Origin: Mizuhopecten yessoensis
Lineage: Eukaryota
Direction of reading: 5' to 3'
NCBI RefSeq assembly: GCF_002113885.1
Contig: NW_018479852.1
Location: 1-64,000, forward strand
Length of the DNA: 64,000 bases
The notes beneath the pieces are model-generated. The model was not told the DNA's origin. It was given only the letters and a program-made list of their open reading frames with translations, and did not search any database. Below, piece by piece: positions 10,271 to 22,505 of the stretch (its first letter is position 1; each line of letters begins with the position of its first letter). The position numbers and the translations under genes were made by a program.

Positions 10271-13200
10271 GGTCACCCTAATAAGTGTCCAGGGAAGAAT
10301 GAGTACCCAGGGAGTGTCCAGGGAGTGTCCAAGGAGGTTTTTAGGGCACCCAGGAATTCGTTATTTATATTGTTTTACTTTTTTTCTTCTATTTCATACA
10401 TTTTATACTATTACCTATTTGTATGCACTGCTATTTCAGACATTCACATTTATAAACAAAGACATTTTATCAAATTGTTCAAAAGTCTAATGCGGACACA
10501 TTTGGAATATGCCACTTGCATATGGTCTCCAATGTTTAAAAAAGATCAAATTGCCATTGAAAATGTGCAACGCAGGGCAACAAGACGCCTACCATTCTTA
10601 AAAGGTCAATCCTACAGTGAAAGACTTTGTACACTTGGCCTCCCCAGTTTAGAATATAGAAGATTGAGAGGAGATGTCGTACAAACCTATAAAATCATCA
10701 ATGACATTTTGATAAAGACAAAATTATTAAAATGGCTACATTGGTCGGAAGATGAAACTCCAAAAAACTTTTTCAAGAGAAGGATGAGGCTTAGCGTTAC
10801 CAAGAACCTGTACAGTAGTAGGGCCGTGGACGTGTGGAACTCCCTCCCAAATATAGTTGTAGAAGCCCCCTCCCTGAATAGTTTTAAATCCCGGCTAAAC
10901 AATCACTGGCGTCATCATCACCACAAATTTGGACCTACATGTTGCTCACAACCGGACACAATTATAGAACAGTATCAAGATGCGTCTCAAGAACCTGGAT
11001 CAGCTTACATCGACGTCGACACTATATCAAAACTACATAAAAACAAGCAAAATTGACGGTCGATCGTAACAGTAGAAAGTACCGAAATACGCCGATAAAG
11101 GTGCCTATTTGGGATGAATTAGTGTCCAGGGAGATTTCCGCGCGCCCAGGAATTCGGTATTTAACTGTTTTTACTTTTTGTCTTCTGATTCATAAAAAGA
11201 ATGATCGTACCTAGGTGTGTGCAAAATTTCAGGTCGATCGTAACAGTAGAAAGCACCGAAATACGTCGATACATATTATAGTTACCAACGAGGAATGAAT
11301 ATCCAGGCAGGTTTTCGTGCGCCCAGGAATTCGTTATTGGATTTATTTCACTTTTTCTTCTGAGTCATTATTTATATTCACATAGTTAGCTGATATATTT
11401 TACCTCTTGAAATATATGAATGTCAGATAATAAATTTGTTATTGGCAAACTTGAAACGGAGCATATATGCCTTATCTTAGGTTATGTTTTTGTTATAAAT
11501 AATCGTTTATTTGAGCCAAATTCTTATCGGTCATGTGTCTGATTCGGTGGGATCAACCACATATAGTACATCAAGTATGAAACGTCCATAATTGACCACC
11601 GATTGGTCTGAATTGCGACAATACATGGTCAAGCTTGTTTATCAAGAAATACTTGTATTGGAGGGCACCAGGTGCACCTGGCATTGGGAAAAGAAAACCC
11701 AGTTCACAATGATTATTGGATAACTACTGCCGATAATTACCTGCACATAACAGGTAGACTTATCTGTCACATAAACTACCCACTCAGTTCTCTGATGTAA
11801 CAGGTGTACTGGATATGGAAAACAGAAAGCCCAGTCCAGCCGATAGTTACCTGTACATAACCACGGAATTATGTTATCTAAGTCCGTGACTTAACAGATA
11901 AACCTGTAGGTAACAGTTGTACTGGACCTGGTGAGAGCAAAAACCAGTACACAGCGATAATTGGATAATTACTGCCGATAGTAACCGGTACATAACAGAT
12001 ACACTTACCTGTATAACTACACACACAGTCCTCTGTTGTAAAAGTTATAATGGACATGTTTAAAAACACAGTACGCAACCATTGTAAAAACAACCATACA
12101 TCTTGCAGTTGTATGCGTTTTATATATAAAACATTTTAATTAAAAATGTTACGTTTCGTTTTACCAGTTAAATTAAAGGCATAAATTTCAGGTTTTCTTT
12201 CAATCTTAATTACATTTTATGATATATACTTAATGTGTAATCAATGAATTATCAAATAACTTACCACAGTTAAATAATATGTAAACATACAATAAACAAT
12301 ATCTACATAACATTTGTTCTTTTAGATTTTACTAAATTAATGCAAATATCTATAACATTTGTTACAATTTAATGATGAGAAGTTAACTTGTCAAATAAAA
12401 CTGAAAATATGTATATAACTATAACAATACATTAATTAGAGACAGAAGTAATAAATATAAAAAATAAAAAAAATACTATTGATTAGGAATATTCAGAACA
12501 TGTAATGTAAATTGATATTTGAAATAAATTTGGTGGCAATTATTTATTAAACAGTGTAATAAATATAAATGAATAAATACAATGGGCTCTTATCTAGAAC
12601 TGCACCCGCGTCATAGAGCATGGTAGCATTAGTTCTACAGGTAAGTCCGTACGAGTTAACGTTCCTTTCAATGCATATAGTGCTTGAGCTTGCAAACTTT
12701 TATCGACTTATTTCGATAGTTTGCACTGTTATGATCTACCTGAAAAGTTGCACATAGCTATAGGTAATTGGATATAATTTATATATAAAAATATCTATTA
12801 ACGAATTCCTGTTCATGCGGAAACCTACCTAGATACTCCCTGGACACTCATACCTCCATCATAAGCTGCGATGACGTAGATTTCTGACGACGACAGATTT
12901 GTTTTTATATATTGCGTCGTCAGAGCTACGAAGCAGTCCTTTGCCACTAATGGAGCAAAATCAAAAGTACTAATATGTAAAATTACCTATAATTCACGCC
13001 TCATATGAGTATAATGTTATAAAAATATTGCTTCATTGTTGAAATAACGAATCCTTACCAATGACAAAAACTCTTTCACGAAATTAGCTAAGTCCGTCTT
13101 GGGGAAAGAAAAATAGAAACGACTGCCATGACGCGTGATGTTATCTCAGTTATCCTTTCTATATATGGCATACATAGCCAAATATAGTATTACTACTGAT

Positions 13201-14086
13201 GACGACATGTTTACTACAATTTCCATATTGGGTCATGACACCCATATATAGACGTCTGACCTATATCGGAAGAGAGACGAACTTTCCAACAATACGGTCA
13301 AATCAGAATTTGATTGCACTTGCTACGTTAAATTGATAATTTAATGACATTTTAGGCAGCGTTTAACTTCAGGTTATATAGGATATCAACAGACATCGTT
13401 TATACTACATTCCTATTTATGGATGCGTACCAATTTGCTGTCAATTAATTCTAAAATCTGCTCCATTACGAGGCATTGGATCGATTTAATACCCAGCCGG
13501 GGCAGAGGAGGCCGGGTATTAATATTCAGTACTACTCCCTTATAAGCATGATATAATTTATTTTGTCGGCGTATTTCGATACTTTGCCCTGTTATGATCA
13601 AACTGAAATTTTGCACACAGCTAGATATGTGAATATTAATAATGAATCAAAAGAAAAATATGAAATAAATGAAATAACGATTTCCTGGACGCGCGAAAAC
13701 CTCCATGGACACTCATCCCTTTCTGGACGCTCCCTCGTAAACTTACTATTTATCGACGTATTTTGGTACTTTCTATTACTACGATCGGCCTGAAATTATA
13801 CACACACCTAGGTAAGTGCAAAAGCGTGGAAGAAATGAAATAACAAGTTCCTTGGCGCGCGGAAATCTCCCTGGACACTCATTCCTTCCAAAAAGGCATA
13901 TTTATCGACGTATTTCGGTTCTTTCTTCTGTTATTATCAACATTTAATATTGTATACAGCTAGGTAAATGTATAAAATGTATGAATCAGAAAAAAAACGT
14001 TATTTTTTTTTTACAAATTCCTGGGGGCGCGAAAACCTCCATGGGCACTCCCTGGACACTCCCTGGACACTCATAAGGGTCACCCC
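10271..14086. mobile_element. Foldback-like non-autonomous DNA element with long modular imperfect inverted arms
   Basis: Left GGTCACCCTAAT(A/G)AGTGTCCAGGG.. versus right ..CCCTGGACACTCATAAGGGTCACC; ~170-190-bp submodules at 11057 and 11232 are reverse complements of those at 13563, 13750 and 13901; paralog at ~21947-26240, left-arm remnant at ~36655-36775. Confidence 0.55.
10427..11025 (+). mobile_element. CR1-type LINE 3' fragment inserted in the left arm of the foldback element
   Basis: KSLMRTHLEYATCIWSP..IENVQRRATR..YSERL..LGLPSLEYRRLRGD..VWNSLP..SFKSRL; paralogs at ~21970-22505 and ~36775-37056. Confidence 0.88.
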
Positions 14087-14452
14087 ACTGGCGTAGGCCC
14101 CTGTAAGTAGTTCGTTATGATCTAATTGTTTCAAATAAGATTGCCTGTTCATGTGAACTTTTTATTGTCTTCGATATGTATTTTGTCACATTGATTCAAT
14201 TTCTTTGTCTCCATTCAACCTTTTTTTCTCATTTTTTTTACAGATGACACAGGAAAGTCTTTCTACAGCTGTGTTGGATTTACACACACCGGTATGCGTG
14301 TAAGATGTCTTGGATGGACGTTACTATTGATGAATAATAAATTGTGAACCGCTTTGAGAGACCTACGAACTAGGTTGTGATAAAGCGGTATACAATGTAT
14401 AATAACCTCGAATTATTATTATGTATTATCATTAACATTGAAAAAGTGCATC

Positions 14453-15440
14453 AGCATAGCCCCATCTTACAGAAGATCAAGTCACCATAGCCCCATCTTA
14501 CAGAAGATCAAGTCAACATAGCCCCATCTTATAGAAGATCAAGTCAACATAGCCCCATTTTACAGAAGATCAAGTCAGCATAGCCCTATCTTACAGAAGA
14601 TCAAGTCAGCATAGTCCAATCTTACATAAGATAAAGTCAGCATAGTCCCACCTTACAGAAGATCAAGTCAGCATAGCCTCATCATACAGAAGATCAAGTC
14701 TGCATAGTCCCAAATTACAGAATAATAAGTCAGCATAGCCCCATCTTACAGAAGATCAAGTCAGCATAGCCCAATCTTACAGAAGATCAAGTCAGCATAG
14801 CCCTATCCTACAGAAGATCAAGTCAGCATAGCCCCATCTTACAGAAGATCAAGTCAGCATAGCCCCATCATACAGAAGATCAAGTCAGCAAAGCCCCATC
14901 TCACAGAAGATCAAGTCAGCATAGACCCATCTTACAGAAGATCAAGTCAGCATAGTCCCACCTTACAGAAGATCAAGTCAGCATAGCCTCATCTTACAGA
15001 AGATCAAGTCAGCATAGCCCCATCTTACAGAATAACAAGTCAGCATAGCCCTATCTCACAGAAGATCAAGTCAGCATAGCCCAATCTTACAGAAGATCAA
15101 GTCAGCATAGCCCCATCTCACAGAAGATCAAGTCAGCATATCCCCATCTTACATAAGATCAAGTCAGCATAGCCCCATCTTACAGAAGATCAAGTCAGCA
15201 TAGCCCCATATTACAGAAGATCAAGTCAGCATAACCCCATCTTACAGAAGATCAAGTCAGCATAGCCCCATCTTACAGAAGATCAAGTCAGCATAGCCCC
15301 ATCTAACATAAGCTCAAGTCAGCATAGTCCCATCTTACAGAAGATCAAGTCAGCATAGCCCCATCTCACAGAAGATCAAGTCAGCATAGCCCAATCTCAC
15401 AGAAGATCAAGTCAGCATAGCCGCGGGCATCTTACAGAAA
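14453..15440. repeat. 31-bp minisatellite (AGCATAGCCCCATCTTACAGAAGATCAAGTC)n, ~31 units
   Basis: Tandem units read directly. Confidence 0.97.
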
Positions 15441-15930
15441 ATCAAGAATATTTTTGAATTTTTGTATTGACTTTTTGCGTGTTTATTGACATCGTCCGTC
15501 ATTTGTAGATATTGTTTGAATAAACTTGTTTTGTTTACTTGTTTTGTTTTTGCCTCACTCATATAATAACTATTGTAAATTACAAAGATTGTTAAAAAGT
15601 GATTTAATTCATTAGAGTTCGGGTATTCGTTTTTGTATCCAATTGCTATGTTTTTTAGAGTCAACATATCTTTTCAATATCCTAGTTTTTCAAAAATGTA
15701 TCTGATTTTAAATTTTGTAAATATTTACATTTTATGAAAAAATGTTTTTAATCTTCTATAGTGTTGCAAACATTACAGTTTGGTGTATCTCTTATTTTCC
15801 ATTGATGCAGAATTTGCTTTGATATAAGGATTTTGTTTAGTTATTTCCATTTATATTCCTTCAGCTTGTTTTTTTTTAAGTAGTGAAGACAAAATTATTT
15901 GTAAATTTGAATTGGGCATCTGTTTTATTG
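15441..15930 (-). mobile_element. L1/Tx1-like LINE 3' fragment (truncated version of 27285-28900)
   Basis: Near-identical to 27285-27766. Confidence 0.7.
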
Positions 15931-16917
15931 CGATACCCTTCAAGTGCGTTAATCTCGCCCGATCTTACCTGCACTGTCGATATAAACTTCTAACTTACCA
16001 GAAACAAATACATGGTTTTAAAATATTGTTTCCACGAAATATAATCCCAACGAATTTGTCCCAATACAAAAACAACGAAGTTTAACCTTAACAAAAATAT
16101 ATGATTTTACACTAGTATCGGCAAGGTGAAATGTGATAAAAAAAAATACTGTTTCATTTAATTTATAATAGTTTATGTTTGAGTCTGAGAGATAAAAGAC
16201 GTTGTACAAACGTTTGGAGACAATTAAACCGTGAAACTACATTACAAACAGTTTTGTGGCAGTAATTTGACTGATTAAATACCTCTCTTTTAAAATTATT
16301 TGAAACATATACTTCTCTAAGTCGAAAATTAAGTATATTAGAAGGCTATCATACTGAAATTTCCCTTCGAAACTGTCACCGCCGATGGTATAACTGCGAC
16401 GAAACGTTTAACCGCTAATTGACAAATACTTCAGTCACTTACTTTGATAATTTATTTTGAGGTGTAGATATTCGAGTATACACATTAATTGCCAACATAA
16501 GTAACCAACAGTTTCTATATTGAATACTTGGTATTATGTAAGAAAGTACACATTACTGCACACGTACACACTTGTAATATGTAAACAACATGGATATGCA
16601 ATCACGCGTAGGTTGTATACAAGCGGTACCTTTAAATGTTATTCAACATGAGACAGGCCTTTTGTCAAGTGTATGCATACGTTATATAAAATCAATGTGA
16701 ACTAGTTTGTAGACATTCTTTAACGGCAATGAAAACGACGGCATGTCATAACATTGTTTCTTTGAGTTATCACATGATTTGACACTTAAAGCTTAATACC
16801 CGTGAAGTTAATATGTGATATGTCGAATATAATATGGTTTTATCCCGTCATAGATGCTGATCCCAAGGGCTCTTATATCGGAACTCTTGTATTTAAGCCT
16901 CATCGACGATTAATTAT

Positions 16918-17038
16918 GAAATTTTGTTTTTAGAAATCAATTATTAAATAGTTTAAAAAATGAAATACTTAAATCAAAACGATTTAAGTATTTCATTTTT
17001 TAAACTATTTAATAATTGATTTCTAAAAACAAAATTTC
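16918..17038. repeat. Perfect inverted repeat: 58-bp arms, 5-bp spacer (AAAAC)
   Basis: 16918-16975 is the exact reverse complement of 16981-17038. Confidence 0.95.
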
Positions 17039-17380
17039 GCTTCAATATGGTTGCGCTAATAGATGGTTTTGTATAATTTGAGAGTGCGCAAATTTATAAA
17101 TGCGTCATTACATGTATATTATAAAATTCGGTAATACGCTCAGATTTGAGTCAGCTAAAATAAGGACTTTAACTTATGATGTTTTCAAAATCGATACGCA
17201 TTTCTTATTTTTTATAAAACAGAATTATTTCTTTTCAACAATATAACAAAAAAATAAGACCAAGATTAAATTATCTTATCTATATTTCATAGATTGTAGG
17301 ATATAGCATATTGCAATCGAAACGAAATCAATGATATATTTTTCATTATTGAATTTGCTATAATATTTCAGACAACAAGA

Positions 17381-20006
17381 ATGACTTCAAGGAAGAAGAA
17401 AGACTACATGAAAGTGTTGTCAATAACAGAGTGTAACATCTGCCATTTGGATTTATCCGACCCTCGTCGGATAGAGTGTGGACACACCTTCTGTCTCCAT
17501 TGTTTAGGTAAACACGTAAGTTCTTCGTCTTCTTGTCCAACTTGTAAACGACCTATGAAACCAACATCTGGAAAGGTCGAAAATTATCCTGTTGCTATGG
17601 AAATAGTACACCTTCTGCAGACTCTTCAGAAGGTTGCAAGTTGCAGCAATATTGCAGGTGAGGAAGAGGATAAAACAGGTGAAGAGGATGAGTACCAATA
17701 TGTGGAGCTTGATACTGGTCAAGATGAGGTAAAGACTAAGACATTACCTCAACAATCAAAGTCTGTCATGTCGAACGATGTGTGCGATATACATGGACAA
17801 AGACTGGTATCTGTTTGTACCACTTGTGATGATGAACTCATCTGCGACAAATGCAGCATCCATTCGACCCACAATAAACAAGAGATATCTGAACATAATA
17901 GGCATCTCAAGCGACTACTCGAAAAACAAAGAGCGGATTTACTCCAACGGGAAAAGGATGACGTAGCAGAAGAAGAAACGTTGCAGGAAATGATCGAAAA
18001 GCAAGTTCAACAAAGGGAAATAATTAAAGACGAGATAGAAGAAATTACCGAGGAAATTTTTACACAAATTCAAATAAAAAAGGAAGAAATGCTTCGACCT
18101 ATTGAGGAAAAGGCAGACGAATACGTCAAACAACTGACGGAGAGGCAGGAGGATATCAAAGACAGGATATCTGAGTTTAGTCACATCAGCAACAGGATTG
18201 GAAAACTTTCGCATGATGACACAACAGACTACAGCAGAAAAGCAAAAAGATTGGTTAAACAAGCAAACATTGCACTCCTGATAGAAAACAAACCTGTACC
18301 ACGTTACCAGAACATTGAGTTCACCAAGAATGACACAGTCCTAGAAGATCTGTCACAACTTCAGTTAGGTGATGTAAGGATAGATGAAGTATCAATAGCG
18401 CAGGACGAGGAGGGTACAGCGTCCGACTTCTTTCCTGATGGGGAGAAAGTGTACGTGAATGATGTGTACCCGGACGATGTCTACACGTACGATGATTCAA
18501 TCTTACCTCCTCCACCAGCTCCTGTAAGACCAAAACCGGGAAAATCGTATCATCCATTACCTACACCAATGGCACCACCAACTATGGATGTTCCTTCTTT
18601 ATTTCCTCGCCCTCGTCCTCCACTTCCTCCACGACCTCAAAATCAATATCAAATCAAAGTCCCCCAGCAGCTAAAATCGAAGAGAAAATCTACCATGACC
18701 TGGGCGATTCTCTATCTGATAATACTATACGAAATCAAAAGCATGACATGGAACCTCTGGAACAGAAAAAAGATATACCGGACAGCCATTTCAATCCACC
18801 GCCATTATCTCCCTTTTCAGGAACATTTCGAAAATCGGCCTCTAAAGCAATCGACAACCGTGCATTTCCACAGAAATTGCTTCACCGTGTATTCCTACCC
18901 TTTAGACCCTCGGGGTTCACGGTTGTTCGAGGTTCTCTGGGACACTACTACACATTTGTCACAGATGATTACCACGTGAAAATGTTCAGAGAGAATGGAG
19001 ACTTCTATAGGACAATCACAGATCTCGTCCGGGCGTTCGATGCTGCAAGCCAACAACATGGCGAAGGCTTGACGCGTTTGTACATAACGGATGAAGGTAA
19101 ATGATAACAGCTATCTACCTTTTGTAGTTGGAATATTAATAAAATAGATGGTGAGTCAAAATAATGGCAATGTTTAATGAAGGTGAACTACAACCATTAC
19201 AACACAATTTGGTGGATATATGAACTTAATTATGCAAGAAAGGTGTCGCTTGGGAATTCGAAAATCATATTAAAACTTTGTTTTTACGATTATAGATGTT
19301 GTAACATATCCTTTTTTTTTTATTAAGGATACCGTTTGTAAAACAAATTGCATTGATAAGTCATTCATGTACATGAATATAACACAATGCAACATTTCTA
19401 TTGAAATAAATTTCTATGCGTCTTATCAAACTGACAAATTATTTTATTTTAGGACGAAGGACAGGAGATGGAAGTGTCAGGGTGTATACCTCCGAGGGAG
19501 AATTCCAGAAAGTGTTGGTTGGAAAGCTCAAGAAACCACAAGGAATTTCCATATCACGAGTGGGACTCGTTTACGTATGTGACGAAGCAAATATCCTTGT
19601 GTTTTGTCCAAAAACGGGGAAAAGAAAGAGGATCATTTCTACCATCGGGAGAGATCCAATTTTTGTACGCCCTTTGTATGTGATGGTGAGCGCCACTGGT
19701 AAGATTCTAGTCTCCGATGTTGGCACAAGAGAGCTCAAAATCCATGACGAAACCCGAAAGTACACCGACAAATTCAAACCAGATGAGGACGAAGGGGAGC
19801 TTTACACAAGCTTTACTCCTGGAATGTGTGCCGAGGATTCTTCTTCGAATTATTACGTCATTGACCAAGAGAGAAACATACTTTATATATTGCGCGGTGG
19901 GGGGAGGTCAGAGAAGCTAGCGCTACCACAAAAACCTCAGGGGCACGATGGAATACCAACAGCTGTATCCTTCGCCAACGATACAGGGAACATTGTAGTG
20001 TTTTAG
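17381..20006 (+). pseudogene. TRIM-NHL copy 2, frameshifted (exons 17381-19096 and 19453-20006), probable pseudogene
   Basis: Exon 1 is 1716 nt versus 1717 in copy 3; one A missing at ~18651 (tatcaaatcaaagt versus tatcaaaatcaaagt); upstream promoter/5' exon module deleted at 15931. Confidence 0.75.
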
Positions 20007-21969
20007 ACAAAAGATATACAGGATGTTGTTTCGATAAAACAAATGATTTTTGTATATACCCAAACGTACGTTTTACCGCGAATAACACCACAACGCCAAT
20101 CACGTCGTCTGCAATGATAGACGTCAGATATGCCCGGACGTTTTCCGATGTGATGTTAGAGGTCCATCCTTTCATGTTTATGTTATAGTAACTGAGTTCA
20201 ATATATTTTTTTGACGGTCAGATTAAGGATTAGTATTTAAAAAACATACAGCTTGGTAATAGATATAAGCAGCCCATACATATATAGGGTATTGATACAA
20301 ACAATATACTTGCATATGATAAAGTCCAGATATGTTACTACAAAAACTACTGGAGTTGTTTGTAAATACACAATATGACTAATTTTGCTTGTTTTTTTGA
20401 GCGGTTTTATGTCCGCTTCACTACCGAGTAGTTCGGTTATCCAGCAGACGAGTGTGACTTATTACTCATTTGTCTGTTATACATGTGGATTTAGTTTAAA
20501 TGACCCAAAGAAAATACGATAAACAGTAGTCTCCCTTTGTTGTAAAAATCAATATCTGTCCAGGAGATCTAATACAAGATAAGCTGTAATCAGTTGTTGG
20601 TAATCATCTACATCAAAAAAACCGATTAGTCACTTTTAAGGACATATGGTAATTTTTACATCACACCACATCTGTTGTTCCACCCGTCAAGGTATTAAAA
20701 TGTTATAATCATAAGATAATTATCACTTTTGCGATGTTTCATTTAGTTTAAACATGTTTTATTGTACAACGATACAAATGGATTGAACAACAAGTTATTT
20801 CAACTTAATGAAGTCCTATACCCAAATGGAGCGATGTTTCATTCGCTTATCTAAACGGCCTTTACTGTAATTGAACTTGCTTTAAAGTGTTGTTCATCAA
20901 AAGTTTAATATTCCTAATGTAAATAAACAGATATGATAATAATAGAGATGACATACTTCGGATCCCTGGCAAACTACTGGAAAACACTGTAAATAACTTC
21001 AACAATTAATTCTAAATCACTATCAATTATCTCAATTCAGTCTTTGTTTCCAATATAAATTGTCAGTTATGCAAAGACATAAAATCAAAATTCAATTGTT
21101 TGTGTTATATGTTTTGGAATACCCCTTATATTCAATATTTGTTATCGGATGGTCGAGTAACGCAGTGGATAGAACACTTGACTTGGCGTCCGGGTTTCAA
21201 TTCTCCGATCGGACGGTATGGAAAGGGGTCACCTTCCCATCCACCTGGGATTTCTCCGATTATTTCGCTCTTCTCCGATATCAAGATACCCGCGCGCTAA
21301 AATATAATTTTATAATTGTTGTAAAATGTATAAAGTTGACAGATATAATATCATAATTTTTTATATACTATTCAATTTTCGATTCTGTTAGTTGTCACGT
21401 GATGTTTACATTTTCGATCAGATCAGGCATATAGCAGCACGATAGAAAACCTGAGTGTTCCAAGGGTCGGGGGGTCCCTACCGGCGAGGTCTGCTCAGGT
21501 CTTATCGCGCGATATGTTATATATGTTTAGTAAATTATAACACACTAGGCTACATTTAACGTTTTTTCGTTGATAAAAGGTCTCAATCAGCTGATTAGCC
21601 ATATTGGCCTGGTTAATGTAGGCCTAGACGTATTGGATTGGGGAGGTCGATCCTATATCAGAAAGGTTTGTTCACACTCCACACCATATTTGTAAAATAA
21701 GAAATAGAAATATTTGTAAAAATTATATTCACATTTACACATAACAATCATATATGGCAGAATGACCTGATTTTTCCAAGGGTTTTGGGGCCCCCTACCG
21801 GCGAGGACTGTTCAGGTCTCATGCTTGCATCCTAGCCCGTAGCTGCGATAACGTAGCTTTCTGACGACGAGAGAGTTTTTTTATATATTGCGTCGTCAGA
21901 CGCGGGGCATAGTCGCCCGGTTGTTAATATTAATACTACCTTGCTCGGTCACCCTAATGAGTGTCCAGG

Positions 21970-22505
21970 TTTAAAAGTCTAGTGCGGCCACATTTGGAAT
22001 ATGCCACTTGCAATGTTTTAAAAAGATCAAATTGCTATTGAAAATGTCCAACGCAGGGCAACAAGACGCCTACCATTCTTTAAAGGACAATCCTACAGTG
22101 AAAGACTTTGTACACTAGACCTCCCAAGTTTAGAATATAGATTGACAGGAGATGTCGTATAAATCTATAAAATCATCAATGACATTGACATTTTTGACAA
22201 AAACAACATGATTAAAATGGCTGCATTGGTCATAAAAAAGGAAACTCCAAAAAAGGTCAAGAGAAGGATGAGGCTTAGCGTTACCAAGAACCTGTACAGT
22301 AGTAGGGCCGTGGACGTGTGGAACTCCCTCCCAAATATAGTTGTAGAAGCCCCCTCCCTGAATAGTTTTAAATCCTGACTAAACAATCACTGGCGTCATC
22401 ATAACCACAAATTTGGACCTACGTGTTGCTCACAACCGGACACAATTATAGAACAGTATCAAGATGCGTCTCAAGAACCTGGATCAGCTTACATCGACGT
22501 CGACA
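21970..22505 (+). mobile_element. CR1-type LINE 3' fragment (paralog of 10427-11025)
   Basis: Same degenerate ORF2 C-terminal sequence. Confidence 0.8.

Noticed and set aside
11690-12060. Possible Cys-rich (EGF-like) exon relic on the minus strand
   Set aside because: Only a diverged internal repeat; no consistent Cys spacing in any frame
14453-15440. CRISPR-like periodicity in the 30/31-bp arrays
   Set aside because: Units are contiguous with no unique spacers, there are no cas genes, and the context is eukaryotic
21760-21822. SECIS element (ATGA..12 nt..AA..)
   Set aside because: The 3' strand lacks the GA of the tandem G.A quartet, and there is no in-frame TGA selenoprotein candidate
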